From: an uncultured Gammaproteobacteria bacterium
GTDB lineage: Bacteria > Pseudomonadota > Gammaproteobacteria > UBA9214
Direction of reading: 5' to 3'
DNA: 64,000 nucleotides
Assembly: GCA_963748215.1 (NCBI GenBank)
Contig: CAVVHS010000006.1
Coordinates: forward strand, 339,259 to 403,258
The position numbers and the translations under genes are program-made. How positions within the stretch are numbered: the stretch's first letter is position 1; every line of letters starts with the position of its first letter. The notes under the pieces were generated by a model, which was not told the origin of the DNA, made no database searches, and worked only from the letters and a program-made list of their open reading frames with translations. Below, in pieces: positions 29,640-39,228 of the stretch.

Positions 29640-30287
29640 ATGATCAATGTCATGCTGGTTGATGATCACGGGCTGGTAAGAAACGGTATCAAGCGTATCC
29701 TCGACGATGTCGACGGCATTGCCGTCGTTGCCGAGGCGGAAAATGGCGAGCAGGCTATCAGGCAGGTGAGAAAGCAACCGCCTGATGTCATCCTCATGGA
29801 CATCAGTATGCCGGGTATCGGTGGCCTGGAGGCTACCCGAAAAATCGCGCAGTCCCTGCCGGGTGTCAAGATCATTGCCGTGACGATTCACGATGATGAC
29901 CCGTTCCCGGCACGCTTGCTGGAAGCCGGGGCGGTCGGTTATCTGACCAAGGGTTGCGATGTGCGGGAAATCATCAGCGCGATTCGTTCCGTGCATACCG
30001 GCAAGCAGTACATTACACCGGCGGTTGCCCAGAAGCTCGCGCTGTCCTTTATCAACAATGGTGAGAAATCGCCCATCGACAGGCTGACCCAGCGCGAGAC
30101 ACAGGTCATGCTCATGATTGTGAAAGGCAACACGAACAAGGAAATCTCGGAAAAGCTCTGCCTGAGCCCCAAGACCACCAGCACCTACCGTTACCGGCTG
30201 TTTGACAAGCTGGGCGTGTTCAACGAGGTTGAACTGACACGCTTCGCCATTCGCTACGGGCTCATCAAGGAAAATATCTCGCATTGA
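29640..30287 (+). CDS. uvrY: UvrY/GacA-type response regulator (REC + LuxR HTH)
   Basis: MINVMLVDDHGLVRNG ... Upstream of uvrC, matching the uvrY(gacA)-uvrC arrangement. Confidence 0.8.
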   Translation: MINVMLVDDHGLVRNGIKRILDDVDGIAVVAEAENGEQAIRQVRKQPPDVILMDISMPGIGGLEATRKIAQSLPGVKIIAVTIHDDDPFPARLLEAGAVGYLTKGCDVREIISAIRSVHTGKQYITPAVAQKLALSFINNGEKSPIDRLTQRETQVMLMIVKGNTNKEISEKLCLSPKTTSTYRYRLFDKLGVFNEVELTRFAIRYGLIKENISH

Positions 30288-30458
30288 TCGACACATGCCG
30301 TGCCGGCAGCCTGACCGGGCTGCCGGCCGACCGATGTGCCTGTGCACGGATTTGAGACGTTCATCAGAGTCTTGCCGGCTCTCCCTGCTAGGCTGTTCCA
30401 GGTTGAGCTTCCCAGTCGTCCTTCGGGAAGCTGAAATTATCCAGGGCAGGAGTGCGAG

Positions 30459-31907
30459 ATGTCTGCGGTACATAGCCGTGCACCGGCGTTTCCCGGTGGA
30501 CTCGAGTGGTTCAATATTGACGGAACGGTCAAGATGTCGGAACAGCGCGGCAAGATCGTGCTGATTGATTTTGGCAGCTATTGTTCGGTCCATTGCCGGC
30601 ATGCCCTGGCGGATCTCCGTAGACTGCAAGGCAAGTACCGGGACGACCTTGTCATTATCGGTGTCCATGCGCCCAGATTTCGCAGTGAATTGCGGCGCAC
30701 GCACGTGCAGAAGTCAATCAATCGGCATAACGTCGAATTTCCGGTCATCCACGATGCCGACCAAAAGCTGAGGAAGCTGTATGGCATCAGGATCCTGCCG
30801 ACCCGGGTGCTGATCGATCATGAAGGCTACATCGTGGGCTCGCTGTCGGGCGATGGCAAGGCCGTGCGGCTGGATCAGGTCATCGCCAGTCTGCTCGGCA
30901 AACGCACGGGAGCTGTCGCAAACCCGGCCAGTTCTTTCAGGCTCAAGTCCTGTCCGGAGCCGAAGGGTGTGCTGAATTTCCCGGGACACATCGTTGCCGC
31001 CAGAGACCGTGTATACATTGTTGACAGCGGGAATCACCGTATCCTGGTGACATCGGCAAGCGGTCATGTATTGCGTCAGTATGGCGGCGAGGGGCCGGGA
31101 TTCCTGGATGGCACAGGCGCGTCGGCCGCATTCAACAATCCGCAGGGGATTGCGGTGAACGATGATTTCCTGTTTGTGGCCGACGAGGGAAATCATGCGA
31201 TACGGCGCATCAATCTGCGCACGGACGAGGTAGTGACGATAGCCGGCACCGGCAGGCAGGGTGGTCTGCAGGCCGGGCCAGGTGACGTGCCGCGGAAAAC
31301 GGCGCTGAATTCGCCGACGGATATCGTGTTTCATAACGGCGATCTGTTTATTGCGATGGCGGGCGCGCACCAGGTCTGGCGCCTGTCCCTGTTGCAGAAC
31401 ACGCTGGAGGTGCTTTCAGGCAGTGGCTGCGAAGGGCTGACGGATGGTCCGCCAGGCACGGCGTCGTTTGCCCAGCCGACCGGCCTGACGGTATGCGGTG
31501 GCAAGTTGTACACCGTCGACGCGATGGCATCCGCGGTACGCTGCGTGGATCCGGAAACGGGATACGTCACAACCCTGGTCGGCGAGGGGCTGTTCGCATT
31601 TGGCGAAGAGGACGGCATCGGGCTGGCCGCGCGGCTGCAGTACCCGCTCGATATCAAGGCTGACCAGAGCCAGAACATGCTCTGGGTGGCTGACACGTAC
31701 AATAACAAGATCAGGAGAATCGGCGTGAAAACCCGGCATGTGTCCAGCGTGCTGCTTGACCGGCGGCTGGATGAGCCGGGCGGACTGGCGTTTAGCAACA
31801 ATACCCTTTACATTGCCAATACCAATGCGCACGAAGTGCTGCGCCTGAACACGAACAATGGCCAGACCGAAGCCCTGAATGTCACCGAAGAGTACATCGA
31901 AATTTAA
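30459..31907 (+). CDS. Redoxin (thioredoxin-like)-NHL-repeat beta-propeller protein
   Basis: N-terminal AhpC/TSA-redoxin-like domain followed by repeated NHL-type blades (GIAV..D..FVAD.GNH.IRRI). Confidence 0.65.
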   Translation: MSAVHSRAPAFPGGLEWFNIDGTVKMSEQRGKIVLIDFGSYCSVHCRHALADLRRLQGKYRDDLVIIGVHAPRFRSELRRTHVQKSINRHNVEFPVIHDADQKLRKLYGIRILPTRVLIDHEGYIVGSLSGDGKAVRLDQVIASLLGKRTGAVANPASSFRLKSCPEPKGVLNFPGHIVAARDRVYIVDSGNHRILVTSASGHVLRQYGGEGPGFLDGTGASAAFNNPQGIAVNDDFLFVADEGNHAIRRINLRTDEVVTIAGTGRQGGLQAGPGDVPRKTALNSPTDIVFHNGDLFIAMAGAHQVWRLSLLQNTLEVLSGSGCEGLTDGPPGTASFAQPTGLTVCGGKLYTVDAMASAVRCVDPETGYVTTLVGEGLFAFGEEDGIGLAARLQYPLDIKADQSQNMLWVADTYNNKIRRIGVKTRHVSSVLLDRRLDEPGGLAFSNNTLYIANTNAHEVLRLNTNNGQTEALNVTEEYIEI

Positions 31908-32547
31908 CCCTGACTGCAGACTCTGTCCCCGGCTGGCCGGCTTTCTCGACCAGGTTTCCGTAAAACACCCCGATTATCACGCCCGACCGGTAGCGGCCTT
32001 CGGAGATTCGCAGGCACGCTTGCTGATCGTAGGCCTGGCGCCCGGCATGCATGGCGCCAATGCCACGGGACGTCCCTTCACCGGCGACTATGCCGGTATC
32101 CTGCTGTACGAGACACTGTACAAGTTCGGCTACAGCAACAAGCCCGTGTCGGTGGCGCGCAACGACGGCCTGGAACTGAGCGGCTGCAGGATAACCAACG
32201 CGGTCAAGTGCCTGCCGCCGCAGAACAAGCCGCTGCTCGAGGAAGTCAGGAACTGCAACCGCTTTCTGCATAAGGAGCTGCACAGCTTGCCGGATGACGC
32301 GGTCGTCATCGCGCTGGGCAGACTGGCGCACGATGCCGTACTGCGCGCGCTGGGGCTGCGGCTTTCCGGGTACGCGTTCGGACATGCCGCGATCCACGGG
32401 TTGGCGGATGGACTGCGCATGGTGGATTCCTACCACTGCAGCCGCTACAACACGCAAACCCGCCGCCTCACGCCCGAGATGTTCCACAAGGCGTTCCGGC
32501 TTGCAGGAAATATGCTCTCCGGCAGGCCACGCCGGGTGTCGGCCTGA
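31879..32547 (+). CDS. Uracil-DNA glycosylase, family 4/5 type (Fe-S)
   Basis: CRLCPRL...IVGLAPGMHGAN motif A with a C-terminal HCSRYN. Confidence 0.75.
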   Translation: MSPKSTSKFNPDCRLCPRLAGFLDQVSVKHPDYHARPVAAFGDSQARLLIVGLAPGMHGANATGRPFTGDYAGILLYETLYKFGYSNKPVSVARNDGLELSGCRITNAVKCLPPQNKPLLEEVRNCNRFLHKELHSLPDDAVVIALGRLAHDAVLRALGLRLSGYAFGHAAIHGLADGLRMVDSYHCSRYNTQTRRLTPEMFHKAFRLAGNMLSGRPRRVSA

Positions 32548-32556
32548 CCTGCCAGG

Positions 32557-34387
32557 CATGAATAAAACCGGCACAGCATTCGATTCGCGCGGATTCCTGA
32601 AAACACTGGCGGTACGGCCGGGTGTCTACCGCATGCTCGATGCCGGCGGCAATGTGCTCTATGTCGGCAAGGCCGGCAACCTCAGGAAGCGGGTCGCCAG
32701 CTATTTCAGGAAATCAGGCCTGTCAGCCAGGACAGCCGCACTGGTGGAACAGATCGCTGCCATCGAGGTGACGGTTACGCATACGGAAGGCGAGGCCCTG
32801 CTGCTGGAAAGCAATCTCATCAAGCAACTGCAGCCGCGCTATAACGTGCTGCTGCGTGATGACAAGAGCTATCCCTATATCTACCTGTCGGACACGCAGG
32901 AATACCCGCGGCTGGCATTGCATCGTGGTGCGCGTCGTGCCTCCGGCCGCTATTTCGGTCCGTATCCGAATGCCGGTTCAGTGCGCGAAAGCCTGCATCT
33001 CCTGCAGAAACTGTTCAGGGTCAGGCAGTGCGAGGACAGCTTTTTCAGCAACCGCAGCCGGCCCTGCCTGCAATACCAGATCAAGCGTTGCACGGCGCCA
33101 TGTGTCGAGCTGGTCAGCGCGCAGGATTATGCACGCGATGTGGAAAACACGGTGCTGTTCCTGGAGGGTAAAAGCAGCCAGGTGATCGATGGCCTGGTTA
33201 AACGCATGGAAGAGGCAGCGACGCTGCAGGATTACGAGCAGGCCGCGATATTCCGCGACCAGATAATCAGCTTGCGCCATGTGCAGGAAAAGCAGTACAT
33301 CAGCACCGAACACGGCGACCTGGACATCATCGCGTGTGTGACGGAAAAGGGCAGTGCCTGCGTGCAGGTGTTTTTCGTGCGCGGTGGCAGGAATCTCGGC
33401 AATGCGGTGTTTTACCCGAAGGTGCCGATGGAGCAGGGGCCGGACGAGGTACTGTCCGCGTTTATACCCCAGTATTACCTCGGCAAGGATATCCCGCCCG
33501 AATTGCTGCTCAGCCACGAGCTGCAGGACGGCGAGGTCATCGGACAGGCCTTGAGCCAGCACGCTGCCCACGGGGTCGAGCTGCGTTCCAGGGTGCGCGG
33601 CAACCGGGCACGCTGGGTGAAAATGGCCCGCGAAAATGCCGGTCATGCGCTCCATGCGCAACTCAACACGCGCCGGGGATTTGCCGTGCGCCTGCAGGCC
33701 CTGGCCGATGCACTGCAGCTGCCCGACGTGCCGGAGCGGCTCGAGTGCTTCGATATCAGCCATACAGCTGGCGAGTCGACAGTTGCCTCCTGTGTTGTGT
33801 TCGGGCTTGAGGGCCCTTTAAAATCGGATTACCGGCGCTTCAATATCCGTGACATCGAGCCCGGCGACGATTATGCGGCAATGGATCAGGCCATCAGCCG
33901 GCGCTACACACGGCTGAAGAAGGGTGAGGGACGTATGCCCGACCTGCTGCTGATCGATGGCGGAAAGGGCCAGGTGGCCGCGGTCTGCAGGGCGCTCGAG
34001 GAACTGCAGGTGACCGACCTGCGGGTGCTCGGCGTGGCCAAGGGGCCGGGACGGAAGCCGGGGCTTGAAGTGCTGCACCTGCCGGATCGCAAGGCCGCGC
34101 TGGTATTGCCGCCGGATTCACCCGCATTGCACCTGATCCAGCAGATCAGGGACGAGGCGCACCGTTTCGCCATCACCGGCCACCGTCAGCGGCGTGCGCG
34201 GCAGCGGAATGTGTCACCGCTGGAGAGCATCCCGGGGGTTGGTGCCAAGCGGCGCCAGCAACTGCTGCAACAGTTCGGTGGACTGAGGGAAGTGACGCGT
34301 GCCGGCGTGGAGGATCTTTCCCGCGTCAAGGGGATCAACCGAACGCTGGCTCAGCAGATATATGACGCATTGCACGGGGACGTGTAA
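32557..34387 (+). CDS. uvrC: Excinuclease ABC subunit C
   Basis: 610 aa with GIY-YIG (YRMLDAGGNVLYVGKAGNLRKR), UvrBC, endonuclease V-like and HhH domains. The track ORF is 5'-extended to 32294 into another gene's frame. Confidence 0.9.
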
Positions 34388-34402
34388 AAGAGGCTTTCCA
34401 CC

Positions 34403-34987
34403 ATGAAATGGACATGGCCAAATATCCTGACCCTGCTGCGTATCAGCATGATACCGGTGCTGGTGGTCGTCTTCTACCTGCCCGGAAAATTGATGCCGCT
34501 GCTGTGTGCCGCGATTTTCGGACTGGCTGCCGTGACTGACTGGCTGGACGGCTATCTTGCGCGGCGCCTGAAGCAGCAATCGGTATTCGGCGCCTTTCTG
34601 GACCCGGTCGCAGACAAGCTGATGGTGGCGGTCGCGCTCGTCCTGCTGGTCGAGTCCAACGGCGACCTGTTCTTCACCATACCCGTTGCGGTCATCATCG
34701 GCAGGGAAATCGCCATTTCGGCATTGCGTGAATGGATGTCGGAGATCGGTGAGCGCGCCACCGTGGCTGTCTCGATCATTGGCAAGGTCAAGACTACGGC
34801 ACAGATGGTCGCGATCCTGCTGCTGCTCTATGACACACCTGTCGGGCTGTTCCCTACGCACGAGGTGGGACTGGTGCTGCTCTACGTGGCTGCCGTCCTG
34901 ACGCTCTGGTCGATGCTGATCTACATGCGGGCGGCCTGGCCGGTCATCTTCGGCAGGACCGGGGCGCCGGGAGAGGGGGATGCTTGA
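34403..34987 (+). CDS. pgsA: CDP-diacylglycerol--glycerol-3-phosphate 3-phosphatidyltransferase
   Basis: MKWTWPNILTLLRISMIPVL... CDP-alcohol phosphatidyltransferase motif; position uvrC-pgsA-tRNAs. Confidence 0.85.
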   Translation: MKWTWPNILTLLRISMIPVLVVVFYLPGKLMPLLCAAIFGLAAVTDWLDGYLARRLKQQSVFGAFLDPVADKLMVAVALVLLVESNGDLFFTIPVAVIIGREIAISALREWMSEIGERATVAVSIIGKVKTTAQMVAILLLLYDTPVGLFPTHEVGLVLLYVAAVLTLWSMLIYMRAAWPVIFGRTGAPGEGDA

Positions 34988-35011
34988 CAGTATCCCGCCA
35001 GTCTATAAAAT
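34984..35011 (+). promoter_or_regulatory. Candidate sigma70 promoter for the tRNA Gly-Cys-Leu operon
   Basis: TTGACA (34984-34989), a 16-nt spacer, TAAAAT (35006-35011), about 15 nt before tRNA-Gly. Confidence 0.35.
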
Positions 35012-35026
35012 GGCGGTTTGCTGTGT

Positions 35027-35102
35027 GCGGGAATAGCTCAGTTGGTAGAGCACAACCTTGCCAAGGTTGGGGTCGCGAGTTCGAATCTCGTTTCCCGCTC
35101 CA
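35027..35102 (+). tRNA. tRNA-Gly (GCC)
   Basis: GCGGGAATAGCTCAGTTGGTAGAGCACAACCTTGCCAAGGTTGGGGTCGCGAGTTCGAATCTCGTTTCCCGCTCCA; near-identical to E. coli glyW. Confidence 0.9.
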
Positions 35103-35162
35103 TCTTTTTTCAGCCCTGGTCTCCGGGGTTTTTCCTGTCAGGGTGCCGGTTACCCGATCCAT

Positions 35163-35236
35163 GGCTGGGTGGCAGAGTGGTTATGCAGCGGCCTGCAAAG
35201 CCGTGTACGCCGGTTCGATTCCGGCCTCAGCCTCCA
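35163..35236 (+). tRNA. tRNA-Cys (GCA)
   Basis: GGCTGGGTGGCAGAGTGGTTATGCAGCGGCCTGCAAAGCCG...GGTTCGATTCCGGCCTCAGCCTCCA; 7-bp acceptor stem with one G-U pair. Confidence 0.85.
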
Positions 35237-35290
35237 ACTAATCCTCTACATCCCCGGTATGTCTCTGTAAAATCGCCCGGGCGCCTGTTG

Positions 35291-35377
35291 GCCCGGGTGG
35301 CGAAATTGGTAGACGCAAGGGACTTAAAATCCCTCGGTGGCAACACCGTGCCGGTTCGATTCCGGCCCCGGGCACCA
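35291..35377 (+). tRNA. tRNA-Leu (TAA), long variable arm
   Basis: GCCCGGGTGGCGAAATTGGTAGACGCAAGGGACTTAAAATCCC... ending GGGCACCA; the E. coli leuZ equivalent. Confidence 0.85.
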
Positions 35378-35619
35378 TCTGACGCGCCTGTTGCACCAGT
35401 CGGTCACGGGCCTGCAGGTACTCCGCTGAAAACAATCGCGCCAACAACGATCCGAAATTTCAAGAGAACTTCGTATATGCAGCCTGCGGCCTGTCCGGGC
35501 CCTGCCCGGTGCGGACCTGGACTTGCGATATACAGGGACGTACGAGTGTCATGGCGGCAGGGATGCCGTGAGCGACCGGTATGCCGGCTACGGGTGCAAT
35601 TGACGGGTTAAGCCCTTCA

Positions 35620-36030
35620 TCAGCCGCTCATGATGCGCGGCCAGCGGGCATGGATCGCTTCCGCGAGTTCCGGCTCGATGGTGACCACGTAGATGCGCCG
35701 TTCATGCCGGTCGCGTGCCACCAGCCCCTGGATCCATTGACCCCGGGTCAGGTCGTACCAGCGGCTGTGACCTTCAAGGTCTTTTTCCATGAAGCTTCTG
35801 ACCGGTATCTTGACCGGTACCGGGAACCAGCGATCCCAGCGACCGGCATAGATGCCGTCCAGCCGTGCCCAGCCGCCCAGCGGCAGGCTGCCGGCCTGTT
35901 CATGTCGGCGTCCCCATGCCAGACGGCGGGTGCCGCCGCCCCGGGCCATGACCGGCAATTGCGCCTTCGGGTTGGGGAAGTACACCCGGATATCCTGACC
36001 GTTTGCCGTGTAGTAGACGCCGTCGCACAT
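35620..36030 (-). CDS. Short SRAP (SOS response-associated peptidase, YedK/DUF159)-like protein, 136 aa
   Basis: Starts MCDG..., with RRLAWGRR resembling RWGLVPxW and RRIYVVTIEPELAEAIHARWPRIM resembling SFTILTTEAN...IHDRMPVIL. Start overlaps the end of dinB by 8 nt. Shorter than canonical SRAP (~220 aa). Confidence 0.4.
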   Translation of the reverse strand: MCDGVYYTANGQDIRVYFPNPKAQLPVMARGGGTRRLAWGRRHEQAGSLPLGGWARLDGIYAGRWDRWFPVPVKIPVRSFMEKDLEGHSRWYDLTRGQWIQGLVARDRHERRIYVVTIEPELAEAIHARWPRIMSG

Positions 36031-36199
36031 GGGAGTTCAGATTGTCTGGCGGTGTCCGAACGGCTTCCAGGACGGCGCAATGACGTTTGGCATGCTGGAG
36101 CGGTTGAGCAGCCGGGCAGGGGCCAGCACCAGCTCGCCGTAGCGCCGGTTGACGGCGTCCATGACCTCGTTGGCCTCGCGCCGCGCCGCGTCTTCACTG

Positions 36200-37282
36200 T
36201 CAAACAGCTCGAGCTGGCCGCCGGCGGGAACGGGAGTCCAGGGCGGTGACCTGCACCTGGTGTACACCCTCGTCGTGCCAGGCCTCGTCGATAACGCGGC
36301 GGCACAGTACCATGATGTCCCTGCCATCACTGGTGGGCAGCATACTGCGCAGCTTGCCGCCCACCCAGCCGTCGCCGGTGCGCAGGCCGATGAAAAAGGT
36401 CTGTGCCTGCAACCGGTGGCGTCGTAGCCGTGCACCGACCTTGGTGCTCATGTGCAGCAGCCAGGTCAGCAGCAGTTCCCGGTCGCGCGTGCCGGGTGGG
36501 ACGACCTTGCCGTGACCGATGGATCCGGGTGCCGGGACATCCAGCTGCAGGCCTGCCGGGTCCTGGCCCTGGCACATGTACCAGATGCGACGTCCCGGGT
36601 TGCCGAAGCGCCGCGCCAGTACGCTGATCGGCAGGCGTCCGACCTCGCCGCAGGTGTGTACGCCATGTTCGGCCAGGAACCCGCCGATGCCTGCGGCGAT
36701 GCCGCACAGCGCGGTTACCGGGACATCGTGCAGGTGCTGCGCCGCTTCCCAGGGCAGGATCACGGTCAGGCCATCCGGCTTGTCCAGCTTGGCGGCGAAC
36801 TTGGCAGTGGTCTTGTCGCCGCTGACGCCGATCGAGCACAGGATGCCCGAGGCCTCGAATACCTTGCGCTTGACCAGCCGGGCGATACGTGCCGGCGTGC
36901 CGAGCAGCCGCTGGCAACGGGTGATGTCCAGAAAGGCCTCGTCGACTGAAAATATCTCGATATCCGGAGTGATGTCCTGTAGCGCCGCCATGATGGCGGC
37001 AGAGGTGGTTGCATAGCGTTCCGGGTGTGCCGGGCACTGGATCAGCTCCGGGCACAGTTGGTGTGCGCGTTTCAGGCGCATGCCGGTCCTGATGCCATAG
37101 GCGCGTGCCTCGTAGGAGCAGGTGATGATGCAGGTACCCTTGAGGCCGTTGGTGATTGCCACCGGGCGCCCGCGCCACTCGGGGCGGTCCCGTTGCTCGA
37201 TCGAGGCGAAGAAGGCATTCATATCAACCAGCGCTATGGCGCGTGGCCAGACGATGTCGACAGTTCCTGTAGGACAATTCAT
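36200..37282 (-). CDS. dinB: DNA polymerase IV; C-terminal ~45 codons continue in another frame to 36037 (1 frameshift near 36250)
   Basis: Y-family polymerase motifs (VDMNAFFASIEQRD, SIGVSGDKTTAKFAAKLDKPDG). The C-terminal tail PAGGQLELFDSEDAARREANEVMDAVNRRYGELVLAPARLL appears in ORF 36037-36435 after a frame change in ctggactcccgttcccgcc. Confidence 0.8.
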   Translation of the reverse strand: MNCPTGTVDIVWPRAIALVDMNAFFASIEQRDRPEWRGRPVAITNGLKGTCIITCSYEARAYGIRTGMRLKRAHQLCPELIQCPAHPERYATTSAAIMAALQDITPDIEIFSVDEAFLDITRCQRLLGTPARIARLVKRKVFEASGILCSIGVSGDKTTAKFAAKLDKPDGLTVILPWEAAQHLHDVPVTALCGIAAGIGGFLAEHGVHTCGEVGRLPISVLARRFGNPGRRIWYMCQGQDPAGLQLDVPAPGSIGHGKVVPPGTRDRELLLTWLLHMSTKVGARLRRHRLQAQTFFIGLRTGDGWVGGKLRSMLPTSDGRDIMVLCRRVIDEAWHDEGVHQVQVTALDSRSRRRPARAV

Positions 37283-37283
37283 A

Positions 37284-37303
37284 TACTGTAATTATATACA
37301 GTA
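37284..37303. promoter_or_regulatory. LexA (SOS) box TACTGTaattatatACAGTA upstream of dinB
   Basis: Perfect CTGT-N8-ACAG palindrome matching the gammaproteobacterial LexA consensus, immediately 5' of the dinB coding region. Confidence 0.7.
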
Positions 37304-37408
37304 TGTGGCCGGAATGGCTGAATTGTGGTTTGTAACGCAATGGTGTATACGAATCTGCCGATTGACCGTGCGGGATATTCGAGGACTGTAAAGGCCGGGG
37401 GTGTTGTG

Positions 37409-39133
37409 ATGAGGCTTAAGAGGCTATTTTCTTTAAAGAAAGACAGGAATCTGGAGCTTGAACAGGCGTTTATGCGTCTAATTCTTGTTGTAGTTGCAGT
37501 TGCCTATGGTGTAACGATTTCGACGATGGATGTTTTTGAGAAAGGTGTTCTGGATAAGATCGTAGTGCTTGGATATTTTTACATAGCCGTGTCATGTGTG
37601 AGTGTGCTGCAAGTTTATTTATGGCCTGACGGTAGCAAACGGCGGCATAGCATATATATGTTCTTTGATGTGTTGGTGACTAGTATTGTTATGCATAATT
37701 TTGGTAAATATGGAATTCCTTACTTTGTGCTCTATATGTGGTTAACAGTAGGAAACGGATTCAGGTATGGTTATCGTGAGCTAATATTTTGCTCCGGACT
37801 ATCCCTGTTAGGTTTTATTGCTGTTTGCTTAACAACACAGTTCTGGATAGATGAATATCTTATATCTCTTACGTGTGTGATGTTGTTATCCATAATACCA
37901 ACATATGTCGCAGTAATGTTAAAAAGACTCCAAGACGCAAAAGAACGTGCTGAAACCGCGAGCATTGAGAAATCAAGGTTTATCGCGAATATCAGTCATG
38001 AAATCAGAACTCCGCTAAACGCTATCGTCGGATTCAGCGGCATGATGAGCAAGGTTGATGATGTGACCCAGCAGCGTCAGATGACAGTACGCATCAAGGA
38101 AGCATCGGACAGCCTCATGGACCTGATCGAGGGTGTGCTTGATTTCGCCAGGATTGAATCCGGGCACGTTAAACTGAAGCCGGTTTTGACCGATCTGCGT
38201 GTCTTGCTGGAGTCGATCGAGGGCATGTTTTCCCTGCAGGCACAGAGCAAGGGCATAAAATATTCGACATCTGTGGAGCACCACATACCGCAACAGTTTA
38301 TATGCGACAAGCAACGATTGCGTCAGGTGCTCGTCAACCTGATCGGTAATGCGCTCAAGTTTACAGACAAGGGTCGAATCGACGTGTCTGTCAGTCTTGT
38401 AAGTCCAACGGCCGATACTCGCCAACTCAGGTTTGATGTGATCGATACTGGAAAAGGGATAAAGAAGGAATTTCATGATCATATCTTCGATCGGTTCAGG
38501 CAGGCCGATGATTCCGCACAACGCCAGCATGGTGGTACAGGGCTGGGAACGGCGATCGCCAGGAATCTGGTGGAACTGATGGGTGGGCAAATCGGCATGG
38601 AAAGTCACTATGGATTCGGTAGCCGGTTCTGGTTCATCGTTCCACTTGTCGTGCCAACAGAAGCACAGCTGGGGCGGCAATCTTCTATCAAGAAAAGTCG
38701 CTCCTTGCTGGAGGCCGCGAGTACTTCAGATGGCGAATCCAGCATACTTATCGCTGAAGACAGTGATATCAACCGGTATGTCTATTCGACCATGTTCAAC
38801 TATCTGGGCGTGAGAATCGAGTTTGCCGAAACCGGTGAGATTGCGCTCGACAGGCTGAAGCACTCGAATTACGACCTGCTGATTGTGGATATGCAGATGC
38901 CCGGCATGTCGGGTATCGATATCATCAACAAATATTATGAATTCACGCCGCCATCGCAAAGGCTGCCTATTGCAATGATCACCGGTGATGCAACCGCTGA
39001 CATCGAGCAGAATTGCGAGCAGCTGGGTGTGAAGGTATTCCTGGCCAAGCCTGTCACGCTGGAGAAATTGCACGATCTGGCCAGCGCATACGTGTCGGCG
39101 CCCCTGGCCGGTGTCGTGGGACTGGAAGGGTGA
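37409..39133 (+). CDS. Orphan hybrid sensor histidine kinase (multi-TM N-domain, HisKA, HATPase, C-terminal REC) on a low-GC islet
   Basis: About six or seven N-terminal TM helices with no large periplasmic domain, H-box FIANISHEIRTPLNAIVGFSGMM, HATPase (GTGLGTAIARNLVELMGGQIG) and a receiver (ILIAEDSDINR...LLIVDMQMPGMSGID). Local GC is about 40% against about 63% in the flanks. The track ORF starts at 37325. Confidence 0.8.
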   Translation: MRLKRLFSLKKDRNLELEQAFMRLILVVVAVAYGVTISTMDVFEKGVLDKIVVLGYFYIAVSCVSVLQVYLWPDGSKRRHSIYMFFDVLVTSIVMHNFGKYGIPYFVLYMWLTVGNGFRYGYRELIFCSGLSLLGFIAVCLTTQFWIDEYLISLTCVMLLSIIPTYVAVMLKRLQDAKERAETASIEKSRFIANISHEIRTPLNAIVGFSGMMSKVDDVTQQRQMTVRIKEASDSLMDLIEGVLDFARIESGHVKLKPVLTDLRVLLESIEGMFSLQAQSKGIKYSTSVEHHIPQQFICDKQRLRQVLVNLIGNALKFTDKGRIDVSVSLVSPTADTRQLRFDVIDTGKGIKKEFHDHIFDRFRQADDSAQRQHGGTGLGTAIARNLVELMGGQIGMESHYGFGSRFWFIVPLVVPTEAQLGRQSSIKKSRSLLEAASTSDGESSILIAEDSDINRYVYSTMFNYLGVRIEFAETGEIALDRLKHSNYDLLIVDMQMPGMSGIDIINKYYEFTPPSQRLPIAMITGDATADIEQNCEQLGVKVFLAKPVTLEKLHDLASAYVSAPLAGVVGLEG

Positions 39134-39228
39134 TCCGTTCACCTGCAAACAGCTGTGTCGCAGGAGCTATATATCAGGAGGGGTCGCGGTATATAATCCC
39201 GGGCTCGATTTCCGGATGTGATTGAACA

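Noticed and set aside
32294-32556. N-terminal 88-codon extension of uvrC in the track ORF
   Set aside because: The extension overlaps the UDG gene in another frame. The conserved UvrC start MNKTGTAFDSRGF begins at 32557.
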